Assembly: GCA_964016885.1 (NCBI GenBank)
Contig: OZ024743.1
Coordinates: 361,956,001 to 362,020,000 of the forward strand
Source: Eledone cirrhosa
Lineage: Eukaryota
Direction of reading: 5' to 3'
Length of the DNA stretch: 64,000 nt
In this document: positions 58,901 to 64,000 of the stretch, piece by piece
Layout of the letters: each line of letters starts with the position of its first letter
Numbering within the stretch: position 1 is the first letter of the stretch
Made by a program: the position numbers and the translations under genes
Notes under the pieces: generated by a model
The model's database searches: none
The model's input: only the letters and a program-made list of their open reading frames with translations
What the model was told of the DNA's origin: nothing

Positions 58901-61900
58901 GCACACAGTGCAAACAATTGTTATAATTAGTACAGCACACAGTGGAAACAATTGTTATAACTAGTACAGCACACAGTGGAAACAATTGTTATAGCTAGTA
59001 CAGCACACAGTGCAAACAATTGTTATAACTGGTACAGCACACAGTGCAAACAATTGTTATAGCTAGTACAGCACACAGTGCAAACAATTGTTATAACTGG
59101 TACAGCACACAGTGCAAACAATTGTTATAACTAGTACAGCACACAGTGGAAACAATTGTTATAACTAGTACAGCACACAGTGGAAACAATTGTTATAGCT
59201 AGTACAGCACACAGTGCAAACAATTGTTATAACTGGTACAGCACACAGTGCAAACAATTGTTATAGCTAGTACAGCTCACAGTGCAAACAATTGTTATAA
59301 CTAGTACAGCACACAGTGGAAACAATTGTTATAACTAGTACAGCTCACAGTGCAAACAATTGTTATAACTAGTACAGCACACAGTGGAAACAATTGTTAT
59401 AACTAGTACAGCTCACAGTGCAAACAATTTTTATGACTAGTACAGCACACAGTGCAAACAATTGTTATAACTAGCACAGCACACAGTGGAAACAATTGTT
59501 TTAACTAGTACAGCTCACAGTGGAAACAATTGTTATAACTAGTACAGCTCACAGTGGAAACAATTGTTATGACTAGTACAGCTCACAGTGGAAACAATTG
59601 TTATAACTAGTACAGCACACAGTGGAAACAATTGTTATAACTAGTACAGCAAACAGTGGAAACAATTGTTATAACTAGCACATCACACAGGGGAAACAAT
59701 TGTTATAATTAGTACAGCACACAGTGGAAACAATTATTATAACTAGTACAGCACACAGTGGAAACAATTGTTATAACTAGTACAGCTGACAGTGGAAACA
59801 GTTGTTATAACTAGTACAGCACACAGTGGAAACAATTGTTATAACTAGTACAGCTGACAGTGGAAACAATTGTTATAACTGGTACAGCTCACAGTGGAAA
59901 CAATTGTTATAAGTAGTACCGCACACAGTGGAAACAATTGTTATAACTAGTACAGCACACAGTGGAAACAATTGTTATAACTAGTACAGCACACAGTGGA
60001 AACAATTGTTATAACTAGTACAGCACACAGTGGAAACAATTGTTATAACTAGTACAGCACACAGTGGAAACAATTGTTATAACTAGTACAGCACACAGTG
60101 GAAACAATTGTTATAACTCGTACAGCTGACAGTGGAAACAATTGTTATAACTAGTACAGCTGACAGTGGAAACAATTGTTATAACTAGTACAGCACACAA
60201 TGGAAACAAATTGTTATAACTAGTACAGCTCACAGTGCAAACAATTGTTATAACTAGTACAGCACACAGTGGAAACAATTGTTATAACTAGTACAGCTCA
60301 CAGTGCAAACAATTGTTATAACTAGTACAGCACACAGTGGAAACAATTGTTATAACTAGTACAGCACACAGTGCAAACAATTGTTATAATTAGTACAGCA
60401 CACAGTGGAAACAATTGTTATAACTAGTACAGCACACAGTGCAAACAATTTTTATGACTAGTACAGCACACAGTGCAAACAATTGTTATAACTAGCACAG
60501 CACACAGTGGAAACAATTGTTTTAACTAGTACAGCTCACAGTGGAAACAATTGTTATAACTAGTACAGCTCACAGTGGAAACAATTGTTATGACTAGTAC
60601 AGCTCACAGTGGAAACAATTGTTATAACTAGTACAGCAAACAGTGGAAACAATTGTTATAACTAGCACATCACACAGGGGAAACAATTGTTATAATTAGT
60701 ACAGCACACAGTGGAAACAATTGTTATAACTAGTACAGCACACAGTGGAAACAATTGTTATAACTAGTACAGCACACAGTGGAAACAATTGTTATAACTA
60801 GTACAGCTCACAGTGGAAACAATTGTTATAACTAGTACAGCTGACAGTGGAAACAATTGTTATAACTAGTACAGCTGACAGTGGAAACAATTGTTATAAC
60901 TAGTACAGCACACAGTGGAAACAATTGTTATAACTAGTACAGCACACAGTGGAAACAATTGTTATAACTAGTACAGCACACAGTGGAAACAATTGTTATA
61001 ACTAGTACAGCTGACAGAGGAAACAATTGTTATAACTAGTACAGATGACAGTGGAAACAATTGTTATAACTAGTACAGCTGACAGTGGAAACAATTGTTA
61101 TAACTGGTACAGCACACAGTGGAAACAATTGTTATAACTAGTACAGCTGACAGTGGAAACAATTGTTATAACTAGTACAGCACACAGTGGAAACAATTGT
61201 TATAACTAGTACAGCACACAGTGCAAACAATTGTTATAACTAGTACAGCTCACAGTACAAATAATTGTTATAACTAGTACAGCTCACAGTGGAAACAATT
61301 GTTATAACTAGTACAGCTGACTGTGGAAACAATTGTTATAACTAGTACAGCACACAGTGGAAACAATTGTTATAACTAGTACAGCACACAGTGCAAACAA
61401 TTGTTATAACTAGTACAGCTCACAGTGCAAACAATTGTTATAACTAGTACAGATCACAGTGGAAACAATTGTTATAACTAGTACAGCTGACAGTGGAAAC
61501 ATTTGTTATAACTAGTACAGCTGACAGTGGAAACAATTTTTATAACTAGTACAGTACACAGTGGAAATAATTGTTATAACTAGTACAGCACACAGTGCAA
61601 ACAATTGTTATAACTAGTACAGCTTACAGTGGAAACAATTGTTATAAATAGTACAGCTCACAGTGCAAACAATTGTTATAACTAGTACAGCACACAGTGG
61701 AAACAATTGTTATAAATAGTACAGCTGACAGTGGAAACAATTGTTATAACTAGTACAGCACACAGTGCAAACAATTTTTATAACTAGTACAGCACACAGT
61801 GCAAACAATTGTTATAACTGGCACAGCACACAGTGGAAACAATTGTTATAACTAGTACAGCTGACAGTGGAAACAATTGTTATAACTAGTACAGCACACA

Positions 61901-61990
61901 GTGCAAACAATTTTTATAACTAGTACAGCTCACAGTGGAAACAATTGTTATAACTAGTACAGCACACAGTGCAAACAATTGTTATAACTG
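53530..61990. repeat. Duplication of a block of about 2.5 kb (about 53.5-56.1 kb vs about 59.4-62.0 kb), offset 5918 bp (174 monomers plus 2 bp)
   Basis: ACTCG at 54198/60116, 35-bp monomer at 54278/60196, GACTGTGG at 55401/61319, CTTACA at 55705/61623. Confidence 0.9.
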
Positions 61991-64000
61991 GGACAGCACA
62001 CAGTGGAAACAATTGTTATAACTAGTACAGCTCACAGTGGAAACAATTGTTATAACTAGTACAGCTCACAGTGGAAACAATTGTTATGACTAGTACAGCT
62101 CACAGTGGAAACAATTTTTATAACTAGTACAGTACACAGTGGAAATAATTGTTATAACTAGTACAGCACACAGTGCAAACAATTGTTATAACTAGTACAG
62201 CTCACAGTGCAATAATTGTTATAACTAGTACAGCTCACAGTGGAAACAATTGTTATGACTAGTACAGCTCACAGTGGAAACAATTGTTATAACTAGTACA
62301 GCACACCGTGGAAACAATTGTTATAACTAGTACAGCACACAGTGCAAACAATTGTTATAACTAGTACAGTACACAGTGGAAATAATTGTTATAACTAGTA
62401 CAGCACACAGTGCAAACAATTGTTATAACTAGTACAGCTCACAGTGCAAACAATTGTTATAACTAGTACAGCTCACAGTAGAAACAATTGTTATAACTAG
62501 TACAGCTGACGGTGGAAACAATTGTTATAACTAGTACAGCTGACAGTGGAATCAATTGTTATAACTAGTACAGCTCACAGTGGAAACAATTGTTATAACT
62601 AGTTCAGCTGACAGTGGAAACAATTGTTATAACTAGTACAGCACACAGTGGAAACAATTGTTATAACTAGTACAGCTCACAGTGCAAACAATTGTTATAA
62701 CTAGTACAGCACACAGTGGAAACAATTGTTATAACTAGTACAGATCACAGTGCAAAATATTGTTATAACTAGTACAGCACACAGTGGAAACAATTGTTAT
62801 AACTAGTACAGCACACAGTGGAAATAATTGTTATAACTAGTACAGCACACAGGGGAAACAATTGTTATAACTAGTACAGCACACAGTGGAAACAATTGTT
62901 ATAACTAGTACAGCACACAGTGGAAACAATTGTTATAACTAGTACAGCTCACAGTGCAAACAATTGTTATAACTAGTACAGCACACAGTGGAAACAATTG
63001 TTATAACAAGTACAACACACAGTGGAAACAATTGTTATAACTAGTACAGCTGACAGTGGAAACAATTGTTATAACTAGTACAGCTCACAGTGGAAACAAT
63101 TGTTATAACTAGTACAGCTGACGGTGGAAACAATTGTTATAACTAGTACAGCACACAGTGGAAACAATTGTTATAACTAGTACAGCTGACAGTGGAAACA
63201 ATTGTTATAACTAGTACAGCACACAGTGGAAACAATTGTTATAACTAGTACAGCACACAGTGAAAACAATTGTTATAAATAGTACAGCTCACAGTGGAAA
63301 CAATTGTTATAACTAGTACCGCACACAGTGGAAAAAATTGTTATAACTAGTACAGCACACAGTGGAAACAATTGTTATAACTAGTACAGCAGACAGTGCA
63401 AACAATTGTTATAACTAGTACAGCTCACAGTGCAAACAATTGTTATAACTAGTACAGATCACAGTGGAAACAATTGTTATAACTAGTACAGCTGACAGTG
63501 GAAACATTTGTTATAACTAGTACAGCTGACAGTGGAAACAATTGTTATAACTAGTACAGCTGACAGTGGAAACAATTGTTATAACTAGTACAGCACACAG
63601 TGGAAACAATTATTAAAACTAGTACAGTACACAGTGGAAACAATTGTTATAACTAGTACAGCACACAGTGCAAACAATTGTTATAACTAGTACAGCTGAC
63701 AGTGGAAACAATTGTTTTAACTAGTACAGCACACAGTGGAAACAATTGTTATAACTAGTACAGCACACAGTGCAAACAATTGTTATAACTAGTACAGCAC
63801 ACCGTGGAAACAATTGTTATAACAAGTACAGCACACAGTGCAAACAATTGTTATAACTAGTACAGCTCACAGTGGAAACAATTTTTATAACTAGTACAGT
63901 ACACAGTGGAAATAATTGTTATAACTAGTACAGCACACAGTGCAAACAAATGTTATAACTAGTACAGCACACAGTGGAAACAATTGTTATAAATAGTACA

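Larger units (their letters stand above)
1..64000. repeat. 34-bp tandem satellite array, about 1,882 monomers, head-to-tail, running off both window edges; consensus ACTAGTACAGCACACAGTGGAAACAATTGTTATA
   Basis: ACTAGT recurs at 1, 35, 69 and so on to the window end. Most monomers differ from consensus at 0-3 positions, mainly at positions 12-13 (AC/TC/TG) and 20 (G/C). No non-repeat sequence was seen. Confidence 0.99.

Noticed and set aside
1-64000. Giant repetitive protein-coding exon
   Set aside because: The period of 34 is not a multiple of 3, and TAA/TAG occur on both strands in nearly every monomer, closing all six frames about every 102 bp or less.
1-64000. Telomerase-type repeat or rolling-circle/sequencing concatemer artefact
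   Set aside because: There is no G-rich strand bias (6 G and 6 C per unit). Rare variants recur in ordered, hierarchically duplicated series, which random error or copying of one template would not produce.
1-64000. Regular fixed-length higher-order repeat such as a 5-mer of 170 bp
   Set aside because: No constant period above 34 bp is visible; duplication offsets vary from 23 to about 1,080 monomers.

Overview
The whole 64-kb window is one uninterrupted, single-orientation tandem array of a 34-bp monomer, consensus ACTAGTACAGC(AC/TC/TG)ACAGTG(G/C)AAACAATTGTTATA, about 35% GC. By hand count it holds 1,882 complete monomers plus 9 bp. The phase from position 1 to the last monomer start at 63992 is fully explained by 11 one-base insertions and 8 deleted bases (63991 = 1882x34 + 3). 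I see no unique sequence, credible gene, RNA gene, transposon insertion, inversion or CRISPR spacer, and both track ORFs are repeat artefacts. It looks like eukaryotic satellite DNA (inference); I cannot assign an organism or a named family. The informative signal is internal. Rare variant monomers act as barcodes and reveal nested duplications with offsets of 783, 1531, 1937, 3910-4386, 3980, 4251, 5918, about 11,100 and about 36,800 bp, plus local domains of variant homogenisation. The monomer itself is a chain of overlapping palindromes and contains a perfect RSS-type heptamer CACAGTG. I found no evidence of a novel protein-coding system, and all functional ideas below are hypotheses. Offsets were read by eye and should be confirmed by alignment.
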